Positions 38,040 to 51,593 of a stretch of DNA of 64,000 nt are shown here, piece by piece. Numbering within the stretch: the stretch's first letter is position 1; every line of letters starts with the position of its first letter. The notes under the pieces were generated by a model that searched no databases, was not told the DNA's origin, and worked only from the letters and a program-made list of their open reading frames with translations. Source of the DNA: Octopus vulgaris. Taxonomy: Eukaryota. The position numbers and the translations under genes are program-made. Location: contig OX597826.1 of the NCBI GenBank assembly GCA_951406725.2, positions 22,754,001 to 22,818,000 of the forward strand, given 5' to 3'.

Positions 38040-39190
38040 CAGGAAGATATTAAGGCTAATTAGAAGATAGAGTACTTGAAAAAGAAATATTAACAATATT
38101 AAAGTTTGTGGGTAAAAACGTTATTTAATCTTAAGGCTAATTAGGGGATAGAGTATCTGAAAATGTATTAGCAATATTAATATTATATTAGAGTGTGGGT
38201 AAAAACGTTGTTTAATCTTAAGGCTAATTAGGAGATAGAGTATCTAAAAATATATTAGCAATATTAATATTATATTAGAGTGTGGGTAAAAACGTTATTT
38301 AATCTTAAGGCTAATTTGGAGATAGAGTATCTGAAAATATATTAGCAATATTAATATTATATTAGAGTGTGGGTAATATTAAACGTTATTTAATTTAATC
38401 TTAAGGCTAATTAGAAGACAGAGTATCTGAAAAATTATTAACAATATTAAGCAATATTAAACGTTATTTAATTTAATCTTAAGGCTAATTAGACGTTATT
38501 AATATTAAACGTTATTTAATTTAATCTTAAGGCTAATTAGAAGATAGAGTATCTGAAAATATATTAGCAATATTAATATTATATTAGAGTGTGGGTAATA
38601 TTAAACGTTATTTAGTTTAATCTTAAGGCTAATTAGAAGATAGAGTATCTGAAAAATTATTAACAATATTAAAACAATATTAAACGTTATTTAATTTAAT
38701 CTTAAGGCTAATTAACAATAATTATTAACAATATTAAACAATATTAAACGTTATTTAATTTAATCCTAAGGCTAATTAGACGTTATTAATATTAAACGTT
38801 ATTTAATTTAATCTTAAGGCTAATTAGAAGATAGAGTATCTGAAAAATTATTATATCGAGAACAGATATTGAAAATGTAAACAAACAAAAATTATATTAG
38901 AGTGTGGGTAATATTAAACGTTATTTAATTTAATCTTAAGACTAATTAGAAGATAGAGTATCTGAAAAATTATTAACAATATTAAACAATATTAAACGTT
39001 ATTTAATTTAATCTTAAGGCTAATTAACAATAATTATTAACAATATTAAACAATATTAAACGTTATTTAATTTAATCTTAAGGCTAATTAGACGTTATCA
39101 ATATTAAACGTTATTTAATTTAATCTTAAGGCTAATTAGAAGATAGAGTATCTGAAAAATTATTATATCGAGAACAGATATTGAAAATGT
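38040..39190 (-). repeat. AT-rich tandem array (~15 units of ~50-120 bp) in the LINE A 5'UTR
   Basis: Recurring AACGTTATTTAATTTAATCTTAAGGCTAATTAGAAGATAGAGTATCTGAAAA; the same unit starts copy 2 at 40664-40725. Confidence 0.9.
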
Positions 39191-39777
39191 AAACAAACAA
39201 AATGGCGATCGCAACTTTAACTAAGATGTGTGCCTAAGTGAAGGATAAAATAGAATAATAAACAAAATATGAAATAGATGAAAGTGATACTTAATCCAAC
39301 AATGTGGTCTGGATTTTTTTTTTGGTTTACGGGATTTTTTTTCAGGAGAGATGCTTCTTTTTTCTTTCTTGCAGGAGATAACTTGATTCAGTTATTTTTG
39401 CACCATGTGCGTTTCGGCGAAAATGAAAATTACTGTGTATATTTTATATATATATTTTTTTTTATATTTTTAACCAAAGTGTTGTAGTGATCTCTATGAC
39501 TTAGAGTTTTACGTTTTGCAACTACAGTGGGTTATTTCGCCGATCTATGCAAACTTTTTCACAGAGAAGAGGCAATACGTCTCTCTCTGTTGAAAACGGA
39601 ACCGGATAGTATATATATATTTGTATATACGAAAGAAGGTTTGAAAATGCAATTTTAAAAGATGTTTATTTACTTTACCGGTTTCACTCTTTGGAAAAAG
39701 ATTGTCAAAAGTAACATGTAGAAGTTTGGTTGCGTTAATTATTGGTTGTTACAAAATGCTACATTACATATATACAG

Positions 39778-40168
39778 TCTTTGGTAACAAGGACATGTTA
39801 AGGACATAAAAAAGTTTAACAAGTTCCTTAAAATATTGGGCACAAAAGATTACAACATAAATAATCATTCTCAAGAACATGTTAAAGATAGTTTCCAGAA
39901 GGAATTATTAAAAAGTTCAGTGGGATATTGGTATTGTATCTGTATATTCAAACACGCACAGAATATTGGTTGACACAGAGTACTACAATACATATATATA
40001 CATTCTTTGGTGACAAGAGCATGTTAAGAACATAAAAAAGTTTAACAAGTTCATTGAAATATTGGGCACAAAAGATTACAACAAATATATTATACACTCT
40101 TAAGATAATTTCCAGAAGGAATTATTAAAAAGTTCAGTGGAATATTGGTATACACGCACAGAATATTA
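39778..40168. repeat. Imperfect ~225-bp tandem duplication
   Basis: TCTTTGGT.ACAAG...CATAAAAAAGTTTAACAAGTTC...GGGCACAAAAGATTACAACA...TTCCAGAAGGAATTATTAAAAAGTTCAGTGG occurs twice. Confidence 0.85.
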
Positions 40169-40563
40169 TGAGTTCAAAAAGGTTTACATTATAATAGCAG
40201 GGAAGCTAAAACTGACCTGTCCACCATCTTAACGTAAAAGAATATTATCTATTTCAAGGGACACTGTCGGTGTGTTTGGGTGGGGGGAAGGAGGAGTAAT
40301 GTGGAACTGAAAAGATTTTCTCCTTTTTGCCTCTCCTTCAAGCATCAATGATTTGAGGGATTGGCTTTAGAGGTCAGGATGGTTTGAGTGTGTGTGTCTT
40401 TGTGTGTGTGTATATACATATGTGGTGTGAATAGATGTGTCTGTGTGTTTGTAACATCTGGTAGGATGGTGTGTGTATATGTGTGCCCGTTTGTCAACCG
40501 TGCGTGTGATTGTCTTGGTGTTGTGTGTATGTATGTGTGTGATTGGCATTTGGCATGGTGCTT

Positions 40564-40663
40564 NNNNNNNNNNNNNNNNNNNNNNNNNNNNNNNNNNNNN
40601 NNNNNNNNNNNNNNNNNNNNNNNNNNNNNNNNNNNNNNNNNNNNNNNNNNNNNNNNNNNNNNN
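40564..40663. other. Assembly gap (100 N)
   Basis: Run of N. Confidence 1.
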
Positions 40664-40787
40664 CCACAAACTTTAATATTGTTAATATTAATAATACTCT
40701 ATCCCATAATTAGCCTTAAGATTAAATATCTTCTTGTCTTCTCTCGAACATAGTTAAATAGATAAACAAATAGACAGATCATCCAAC

Positions 40788-41693
40788 ATGTCCAGAGCAT
40801 GGAGATCTGACGAGCTGGATTTATTCGTACAAGCATGGGAGTGCGCCAGCGGAGATAGCCCTAGCGAGGTGATTGCGGCTGCGCTGAAGAGCAGAGGCTA
40901 CAAGAGGACAGCGGCTCAGATGGAGCGAAAGAGACGGGAATTCGTGCGCTCATATGCGCTTGTACGGTCGCACATTGGCGCACTTGATGCCATCTTTGAG
41001 AACGAGCGAGGCAAAGATGACAAGAATGGAGACGATGAAAGAAGTCACCCCCACCTGGTGGATGCCCGGGGGGAGGTTTTGAATGACAAACCTGCCCGGG
41101 AAGTGAACCCAGGTGCAAGTTCTCCAACCGGCAGCAAAGGCCATGGAGACGGAGAACCCGGTGAAGAGGTAGAGGGAGGAGGAAGAACTAAAAGAAGGGC
41201 TGGTAGAGCTAAAGGAAAAGCTCAAGCAGGACCAAAGGGTGAAAAAACCAGGAATAGAAGTGGAACCGCAAAAGATGGAAACGGACAGCGCACACAGGTG
41301 TGTAGGTTCTACCTGAGAGGTTCCTGCTGGCATGGAAAGGAAGGTGCAGGCTGCCGCTTTGCACATCGGGGACCCTGCCACAGAGACACGAGGCAGATGG
41401 ACAAACCATCAACACAAGGAAAAGGATGGACCACGCACCACTTGCCCCAAAGCGGAGGTACGCAGATGTTGTGCATGCCACAAACCACCAACATGATGTT
41501 GTCGAAAGGGCAGCTGCTGAGCAACAATCTTTTTTGCATGGCACAAAAGATTGTACAGCAGCTGACCTGGCTTCATCAAACCCAAGCCCGCAGGTGGGAC
41601 TACCCACTATATACCAGACCACCACCACAGCAAACAGACCCAGGATGGACACCACCGGCAACAACGTACACCTCACCTCGATGCTCCTACTGA
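40788..41693 (+). CDS. LINE ORF1 protein: Myb/SANT-like N-terminus, charged linker, CCCH zinc finger
   Basis: AWRSDELDLFVQAW...IAAALKSRGYKRTAAQMERKRREFVRSY; CRFYLRGSCWHGKEGAGCRFAH (C-x7-C-x8-C-x3-H). Confidence 0.75.
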   Translation: MSRAWRSDELDLFVQAWECASGDSPSEVIAAALKSRGYKRTAAQMERKRREFVRSYALVRSHIGALDAIFENERGKDDKNGDDERSHPHLVDARGEVLNDKPAREVNPGASSPTGSKGHGDGEPGEEVEGGGRTKRRAGRAKGKAQAGPKGEKTRNRSGTAKDGNGQRTQVCRFYLRGSCWHGKEGAGCRFAHRGPCHRDTRQMDKPSTQGKGWTTHHLPQSGGTQMLCMPQTTNMMLSKGQLLSNNLFCMAQKIVQQLTWLHQTQARRWDYPLYTRPPPQQTDPGWTPPATTYTSPRCSY

Positions 41694-44637
41694 ACATCAG
41701 AGGACTGCAAACACTCAGTAACAGGACAAAAATCCCGTTCCTGAGAGATTTTGTTGCATGCAATCAAGCCTTATGCATAGCACTAACGGAAACGCACCTG
41801 AAACCGGATATAGCAGATGCGGAGTTACACATACCACAGTATGCTGTACTACGGACCGACAGGAAAGAAAGGAGTCGTGGAGGTGTTGCTATGTACATCC
41901 GTGAGGACCTCACACCCCAGGTCCACTTGTCATACTCAAACTCAGTGTGTGACACACTAATTGTACATATTAGGCAACTTGATGTAGTTGTGTGTGCTAC
42001 ATACCGCCCTCCAGATACCCCAAGCCATGTGGGCAAGTTTGAAGACTGCCTTATAAAAATAGAAGTTCTAACCACATTAGAACAACACATAAGTGTACTT
42101 CTTATGGGAGACTTCAATCTGCCAAATGTCAGATGGCCCGAGGGCCTTTCTCTCCCAGGAATGACAAGATGTGAACGAGGACAGGCGAGGTCCCTCCTGA
42201 ACCTCATCAACACCCTGTACATGGAGCAGGTAATACTCCAACCAACCAGGGCAGGTAACACACTGGATCTCTGCTTCACAAATGACATGGATCTCATCCA
42301 TAATGTGAAAGTGACACCGACACTACTCTCGGATCACAACATGATAGAGCTGACCATGTACGGGCCAAAAGAGAGCACGGACATGCAGCCTACAAGAAAC
42401 CCCCAGAATCTTTCCAGCTTGAACTACCATAAGGCAAACTGGAAACAAATTGAGAAAGAGATCCTCAAACAAAACTGGCCTAAATGTCTCTCCTCGCCAG
42501 ACATCGACGTGAAACTTCAACAATTCATGTCTGTAATGCAAGCCATATGCTACAAATATGTCCCAGAGAGAAAGGCCACTGTACACAAGGACAAAATCCC
42601 CAGAGAGAGGAAAATTCTAATGAGACGGCGTACAAAATTTTCAAATCGCCTAAACAAACAGATTGAAAGTAGTGAAAAGTCCCGCCTAAAAATAAAACTG
42701 TTGGAAATCGAAAAATGTCTGCAACTCTCCCATGAAAAGGAAAGAGCAGACAAAGAAGCCTGGGCTATAGACAACATAAAATCTAACCCCAGAGCTTTCT
42801 ACAGGTATGCCAAAGAAACAGCTACGGTGCACTGTGGAATAGGGCCACTCCTCGAAAAGGATGGCACACTTACAGGAAAACCAATGAGGGTAAGTGAAAT
42901 ACTGAATGAGTAATTCAAGAGTGTTTTCACTCCACCCCTTGGGCATCTCCAAATCACCAATCCAACTGACTTTTTTACCACTGCAGATATAAAATCAGAG
43001 GCGGCGACGATAGATTACATCGATATAAAGGAAGACGATGTAATCAAGGCTATAGATGAAATGAAAACAGACTCAGCTACTGGCCCCGATGGATTCCCGG
43101 CAATCCTCCTAAAAGCATGTAAGAGAGTCCTAGCAAGACCACTGCAGTTCCTCTTTCAGAGCTTCCTTGCAGCTGGCAAACTTCCAAGAAAACTGAAGGA
43201 AGGTAAAATATGCCCCATTCATAAAGGAGGTAGCAGAGCGGAAGCCAAGAACTATAGACCTATCTCTCTGACCTCACACATCAGCAAGGTCATGGAACGA
43301 ATAGTCAGAAGGAAGCTGATCACCTTCCTTGAAGAAATGACTTGCTGCCCGACACCCAACATGGTTTCCGACCAGGGAGAAGCTGTTTAACTCAGCTCCT
43401 ACAACACTATGACTGGGTGCTGAAACGGCTGCTCAACCACTCAAATGTGGAAGTGATATATCTCGACTTTGCAAAGGCCTTTGATAAAGTCGATCATGGA
43501 ATGATATGTCACAAACTGCGTGATCTCAACATAGTTGGAAAACTGGGAGAATGGCTTCATGACTTTCTGAAAGATAGAAGTCAGGTGGTAGTGGCCAATG
43601 GGGCCACTTCCATTAACACGCAAATAGTGAGCGGTGTTCCGCAGGGCACTGTTCTGGGACCACTACTGTTCATAATGGCCCTCTCAGACATGCCCTCAGC
43701 CACGCAGAGAGCCACGATCACAAGTTATGCAGATGATACAAAAGTTTCACAGGCAATACAGAACCCTGAGGACACTAAACACCTGCAATGTGAGCTGGAC
43801 GAAATACACAAGTGGGCCGAAAAGAATAGCATGCAGTTCAATGCTGGAAAGTTTCAAGCTCTATACTATCAGCATGCAAAACTAAATGCAATACCCAATG
43901 AATACACTGGACCCGGAGGAATAGCAATCCCAGAGGCACAATCAGTGCGTGACCTGGGTATTCACATGAGTGATGACGCGACCTTTCATGTACATGTTGC
44001 TAAACTGACAATGAAATGTAGACGGCTGGCTGGATGGATCCTCAGAACCTTTAGAACAAGAGAACAAGAAACCATGATGGTCCTCTGGAAGACACTTGTC
44101 CTAAGCCACTTTGACTATTGCTCTCAGCTATGGTCACCATCCAGTGTCAAGTTGATCACAGAACTTGAGGCGATCCAACGAAGCTACACGAAGAAGATAG
44201 CCTCTATGCAGAATGTAAGCTACTGGGAAAGACTCAAGAGATTAAAATTATATTCCCTGGAGCGTAGGCGGGAAAGATATGCCATAATATACATCTGGAA
44301 GATCCTGGAGGGAAGTGTCCTGAACTTTGGCATCGAGAGTTACGCAAATGCCAGAACTGGGCGCCACTGCGTGGTGCCTAGGACTCCGAACCTGCCATCA
44401 AGATGTAGGACAAGATTCTGTGATAGCCTGGGCTTCCGAGGCCCACAGATCTTCAATATCCTCCCGAAGAACCTGAGAGACCTGCATGGGGTGGATACAG
44501 ATGTCTTTAAAATGAAGCTGGATCTCTTCCTGTCAGGTGTCCCAGATGAACCAACTTCACGGCAGGAGGGGCAGATGAGGGCAGCTGCATCGAACTCTCT
44601 CATGCACCAAATAGCAGTTGCTAGAAAGCCTCCATGA
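41645..44637 (+). pseudogene. LINE ORF2 (APE endonuclease + RT) with one premature stop (42911-42913) and one frameshift (~43337)
   Basis: LLNIRGL, ALTETHL, RGGVAMYI, YRPP, GDFN, SDHN; RT motifs as in copy 1, which has CAA at the stop position and the extra base at the frameshift. Confidence 0.93.
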
Positions 44638-44719
44638 AGTGAAACCAAGTAGCAACACCAAATGGCGGTGCCCCAGCATGGCCACAGCTCATAAGCTGAG
44701 ACTAGAATCAATCAATCAA

Positions 44720-46472
<1,753 letters not shown>

Positions 46473-46664
46473 ATATATATATATATATATCTATATATCT
46501 ATATATTTATCTATCTATATATCTATATCTATATATCTATATCTATATATATATATATAGATATATATATATAGATATATATAGATATATATATATAGAT
46601 AGATAGATATATAGATATATATATAGATATAGATATATATATATATAGAGAGAGAGAGGGAGAG

Positions 46665-46871
46665 GTCTCTGTGTCTTTGTCAACCCATCACTACTTGACA
46701 ACCGGTGTTGGTGTGTTTAAAATCCCATAACTTAGCAATTCGGCAAAAGAGACCAAAAGAAGAAGTACTAGGTTTAAGAAAATAAGTCCTGATGTTGAGT
46801 CGTTTGACTAAAACCCTTCAGGGCGGTGCTATAGCATGGCCACAATCAAATGACTGAAAGAATAAAAGAAT
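46665..46871 (+). mobile_element. SINE (type 1) 3' half
   Basis: CTTGACAACCGGTGTTGGTGTGTTTA...GGCGGTGCTATAGCATGGCCACA...AATAAAAGAAT. Confidence 0.8.
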
Positions 46872-47049
46872 ATTTAGGAGAATGTAAAATAGTGGCCATC
46901 CTCATTTGGTATTAAGGTAGGAGCCTTTGAGAGGAGAGGGTGCCATGAGAATTAAAGAAAGGGTCAGAGAAACTGTCATGTTTAATGAAATGAAGAGGAT
47001 TTTTAAACCTCGTTGGTCACCATAATAAAAAGAAAGAATTCATATGGAA

Positions 47050-47240
47050 GCATGGCTGCGTGGTTAAGTGTGCAGCTCAACTGTTTTGTTTTGGGTTCAG
47101 TCCCACAGCATAGTACTTTGAGCAAGGCATCTGCTACAATAGCCCCAGGTCAACCAAAAGCCTTGAGTGGAAGATGGAAACCAAAAGAAGATGGAAACCA
47201 AAGAAGCCTGGAGTGGAAGATGGAAACCAAAAGAAGTTCA
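47050..47240 (+). mobile_element. Degenerate SINE (type 1) 5' half with an internally triplicated GAAGATGGAAACCAAA block
   Basis: TGGCTGCGTGGTTAAG...GGTTCAGTCCCAC...GAGCAAG...CAAAAGCCTTGAGTGG. Confidence 0.65.
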
Positions 47241-47249
47241 TTGTGTGTG

Positions 47250-47815
47250 TGAGCAAGAGAGGGAGAGAAAGCAGGAGAGAGAGGGAGAGAAAGAGAGTGT
47301 GAGAGAAAGAGGGAGAGAGAGTGTGAGAGAGCTTGAGAGAGAGGGAGAGAGCTTGAGAGAGAGGGAGAGAGCTTGAGAAAGAGGGAGAGAGCGCTGAGAG
47401 AGAGAGCGTGAGTGATAGAGAGAGAGCGTGAGTGATAGAGAGAGAACATGAGTGATAGAGAGAGAGAACATGAGTGATAGAGAGAGAGAACATGAGTGAT
47501 AGAGAGAGAGAACATGAGTGATAGAGAGAACATGAGTGATAGAGAGAGAGAACATGAGTGATAGAGAGAGAGAACATGAGTGATAGAGAGAGAGAACATG
47601 AGTGATAGAGAGAGAGAACATGAGTGATAGAGAGAGAGAGAGAGAGTGTGAGCGAGAGAGAGAGAGTGTGAGCGAGAGAGAGAGAGTGTGAGCGAGAGAG
47701 AGAGAGTGTGAGCGAGAGAGAGAGTGTTAGCGAGAGAGAGAGAGTGTTAGCGAGAGAGAGAGTGTGAGAGAGAGAGAGAGAGTGAGAGAGAGAGAGAGAG
47801 AGTGAGAGAGAGAGT
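47250..47815. repeat. (GA)n-derived minisatellites (22-bp GAGAGAGAGAACATGAGTGATA and 20-bp GAGAGAGAGAGAGTGTGAGC units)
   Basis: Direct inspection. Confidence 0.92.
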
Positions 47816-48323
47816 TGTAGTCTATGGTATGTTACATTTAATGAAATGCGTGACCAAAACCCTCACTGTTTCACTAGTTACAGTGCTTCACCAAGTTCAA
47901 ACCCTGCTGAGGTCATCTTCCTTTTCAATCCTTCCAAGGTTGATACTATAAAATACTGAGGTCATCGTTATCCTGAACTAACCCCTCACAGCTAATTTCT
48001 AACTTTCTACCTATGTTGGAAATTACTAATACTGCTACAATATCAAATTTTGTTTTTGATGGGGTGATTCAGTTCCCTTTTTCCATGAATTTTTACATTT
48101 TACTCTTTTTTGAAAAGCTCCCCCATCTGAGATTATCCTGAAAAATTTATTTTAAAAAAAAGTCAAAACTGAAATTTTGTTGCTTAGCGAGAGTCATCAT
48201 GCCAATATAGTTAACACACACACACACACTGGTTCAATCCCACCCACTTATCAAATATTACAGTTTCTCAAAACTGAAAATTACAGAAAAGGGGATCAGA
48301 AACCTCTTTCTCCTATTTTTCAT

Positions 48324-48483
48324 GTGGCTGTGTGATAAGTAGCTTGCTTACGAACCACATGGTTCCAGGTTCAGTCCCATTGTGTGGCACCTTGGGCAAG
48401 TGTCTTCTTTTATAGCCTCGGGCCGACCAAAGCCTTGTGAATGGATTTGGTAGACAGAAACTGAAAGAAGCCCGTCGTGTGTG

Positions 48484-48514
<31 letters not shown>

Positions 48515-48712
48515 CTGTGTTTGTCCCCCCAACATCACTTGACAACTGATGCTGGTGTGTTTACATCCCCGTAACTTAGTGGTTTGGCAAAAGTGACTGA
48601 TAGAATAAGTACTAGGCTTCCAAAGAATAGGTCCTAGAGTCAATTTCTTTGACTGAAGGTAGTGCTCAAGCATGGCCACAGTCAAACGACTGAAATGAGT
48701 AAATAAGAGTAA
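48324..48712 (+). mobile_element. SINE (type 1, tRNA-derived, CORE-like block), full length
   Basis: A box TGGCTGTGTGATAAG, B box GGTTCAGTCCC, CACCTTGGGCAAGTGTCTT, internal microsatellite, LINE-like tail. Confidence 0.9.
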
Positions 48713-48944
48713 ATGAGTATCTGTTATCTGCTTAAAACACACATCCCAAGAAAATTATGGTTTTTTAACACACTAATTTCTGAACTATTTTATAGTAATA
48801 ACATTTTTTTTTATATATATGACATGGTGACATTTATGCTTCTCTCAATTAGCAAAATAATTTGTGAAATGGTCATAAATTCCAGAAAGATTAATTGTTG
48901 GATTTGTTAGATTATTCCAGAGTGATTGGCAGTATCTTGCCCTT

Positions 48945-49372
48945 TACTTGTTTCAGTCATTAGACTGAGGCCATGCTGGAGCACCAGCTTGAAAACTTTT
49001 TACTTATTTCTTTTTTTACTTCTTTCTTTCTTTAAGCCTGGTACTTGTTCTCATCATCATCGTTTAACGTCCGCTTTCCATGCTAGCATGGGTTGGATGA
49101 TTTGACCGAGGTCTAGCGAACAAGATGGCTGCACCAGACTCCAATCCGATCTGGCAGAGTTTCTACAGCTGGATGCCCTTCTTAACACCAACCACTCCAA
49201 GAGTGTAGCAGGTGCTTTTACGTGCCACCGACACGAGGGCCAATCAGGCGGTACTGGCAACGGCCACACTCAAATGGTGCTTTATCAATATCTTTTGCCA
49301 AAGCGCTAAGTTATGGGAATGTACACACCAATACCAGTTGTCAAATGATGGTAGGGAGACAAATAGATACAA

Positions 49373-49420
<48 letters not shown>

Positions 49421-49580
49421 CAGGCTTCTTTCAGTTTCTATCTACCAAATCCACTCACAAAGCTTTGGTTGACCCAAGGCTATGGTAGAAGACACTTGCC
49501 CAAGCCGCCATTCAGTGGAGTGGAACTGAATATGGAACTATGTGGTAAGGGAGGAAGCTTCTTACCACATAGCCACTCAG
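48945..49580 (-). mobile_element. SINE (type 1) containing a nested RTE-type 3' fragment (49033-49280)
   Basis: Tail at 48945-49030 and body at 49283-49580 are separated by CATCATCATCGTTTAACGTCCGCTTTCCATGC... Confidence 0.8.
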
Positions 49581-49610
49581 TTTTATACTTGGTGCAATTT
49601 TATACAGAAA

Positions 49611-49983
49611 AACAAGAACACTCAGAGAGCTCAAACTTCCTCCAAGGCAACACCAATGTCCTCTCAATGATTAGCCGGAGATGATTTTTAAAATGAAAAT
49701 ATCTAAAATAAACTCGACTGCTCTTACAAACAAGAATACTAAAAATAAACCCGACCACTCGCAAAAATTAAATAAAAAAAAAAAACAGTAAAATAATCCA
49801 GAATCCTTGTCCGGTACCAGATCAATCCCAAAATCTAATCAGTTCATGCCAGTCATGAAGCCAAATATCCCTGAAAGTTTCATCTGAATCCATCAAGCGG
49901 TTCTTGAGGTATCTTGTCCACAGACAAACAAACAAGCATGACTGAAAACAATACCTCTGCTTTCACCAAAGCAGAAGTAATAA
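49611..49983. mobile_element. Probable non-autonomous Helentron-associated (HINE/DINE-like) element
   Basis: AACAAGAACACTCAGAGAGC...CCTCCAAGG at one end; AAGTTTCATCTGAATCC...ACAGACAAACAAAC and a terminal hairpin TCTGCTTT-CACC-AAAGCAGA at the other. Confidence 0.5.
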
Positions 49984-50046
49984 TTTGATATGGTGGTATT
50001 CATGCCTTTCTCAGGAATATCAGCAAAATAATTTCTGTGAAACAGC

Positions 50047-50425
50047 TGCCAGAACTGGGCGCCACTGCGTGGTGCCTAGGACTCCAAACTTGCCATCAAG
50101 ATGTAGGACAAGATTCTGTGATAGCCTGGGCTTCCGAGGCCCACAGCTCTTCAATATCCTCCCGAAGAACCTGAGAGACCTGCATGGGGTGGATACAGAT
50201 GTCTTTAAAATGAAGCTGGATCTCTTCCTGTCAGGTGTCCCAGATGAACCAACTTCACGGCAGGAGGGGCAGATGAGGGCAGCTGCATCGAACTCTCTCA
50301 TGCACCAAATAGCAGTTGCTAGAAAGCCTCCATGAAGTGAAACCAAGTAGCAACACCAAATGGCGGTGCCCCAGCATGGCCACAGCTCATAAGCTGAAAC
50401 TAGAATCAATCAATCAATCAATCAA
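50047..50425 (+). mobile_element. 5'-truncated LINE A copy 3
   Basis: Near-identical to 44349-44719 including the (AATC)n tail. Confidence 0.95.
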
Positions 50426-50754
50426 ACTTCCAAAAATATTGTTGCATAACCAGATTATTCAACAGCAATTCTTCTGGCTTAGACAAACATCTAACTAACA
50501 TCTTTAAGGGCTGTGGATTTAGTTGACCACAGCAGATAAATGTTAGGTGACGTTAGACCATGTATTGGTTTGTTATAAACAAAAGAAAATAAAACAGATC
50601 CTCATTTAAGAGGGACTCCAGGTAGTCCAATCCATTAGGCTGGATTTGAACTGGAGACGTGAATGCAAAAACTGTAACTATTGAAAAATATTTACTTTGA
50701 TGGTCCACACTCTCAGCTATCTTCACAGCTCTAGGTTCCATTCTTATCTTTTTA

Positions 50755-51490
50755 CATTTTACTTGTTTCAGTCATTGGACTACAGCAATGGATGGGCAGT
50801 GCCTCAAACAGGGAAGTTAGATCAACCCCATAATTTAAAAAAATTTTTATAAGTGTAGAAGTGGCTATGTGGTAAGTAGCTTGCTTACCAACCACATGGT
50901 TCCGGGTTCAGTCCCACTGCGTGGCACCTTGGGCAAGTGTCTTCTACTATAGCCTCGGGCCGACCAAAGCCTTGTGAGTGGATTTGGTAGACGGAAACTG
51001 AAAGAAGCCTGTCGTATATATGTATGTATATATATGTGTGTGTGTGTTCCAACATCGCTTGGCAACTGATGCTGGTGTGTTTACGTCTCCGTAACTTAGC
51101 TGTTCGGCAAAAAGACCGATAGAATAAGTACTAGAGTTACAAAGAATAAGTCCTGGGGTCGATTTGCTCGATTAAAAGCGGTGCTCCAGCATGGCCACAG
51201 TCATATGACTGAAACAAGTAAAAGAGTAAAAAGAGTGGTGCTTATTTTATCCATCCCTTATGCCAATCCACTAAGTTACAGGGACGTAAACAAACCAACA
51301 CCAATTAAGCAGGTGGAGGACAAATAGATACATAACAGACATCCACAGTCTCTGTCTGCCAAATTCACTCACAAATTATTGGTTGGCCAGACCGTGATAG
51401 AAGATCATTAAAGTGATGCACGGTGAGATTGAACCCAAAACCATGTGGTTGGAAAGTGAGCTTCTTTATCATATAGCCAAGCCTGCGCCC
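50755..51490 (-). mobile_element. Older SINE (type 1) interrupted by a younger opposite-strand copy
   Basis: Tail at 50755-50830 and body at 51240-51490 flank the insertion. Confidence 0.7.
50855..51236 (+). mobile_element. SINE (type 1), full length
   Basis: GTGGCTATGTGGTAAGTAGCTTGCTTACCAACCACATGGTTCCGGGTTCAGTCCC ... tail GTAAAAGAGTAAAAAGAG. Confidence 0.92.
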
Positions 51491-51593
51491 ATCCTTAGTT
51501 TTTGTCTGAGAGTTGGTATTTGTAGGGAGTGGAAGCATGAGAATTTTTTTTTTTACGTGGGTGAAAATTCTCTATTTCCTGAATGCTGAGGGC

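Larger units (their letters stand above)
34841..39608 (-). mobile_element. Near-full-length CR1/Zenon-like LINE (family A, copy 1) with an internal deletion
   Basis: (AATC)n tail at 34841-34862, RT ORF, APE remnants, ORF1 N-terminus, tandem-repeat 5'UTR; the 5' limit is inferred from the return to (TA)n. Confidence 0.9.
40664..44719 (+). mobile_element. Near-full-length CR1/Zenon-like LINE (family A, copy 2); 5'UTR runs into the gap
   Basis: ORF1 + APE-RT ORF2 + (AATC)n tail; high identity to copy 1 in inverted orientation. Confidence 0.95.

Noticed and set aside
38040-39190. CRISPR-like repeat array
   Set aside because: The intervening sequences are themselves repeated variants, not unique spacers; no cas genes; eukaryotic LINE 5'UTR context.
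41426-41644. Long N-terminal extension of ORF2 overlapping ORF1
   Set aside because: APE homology starts near 41680; the upstream in-frame stretch may be open by chance, so ORF2 was started at the ATG at 41645.
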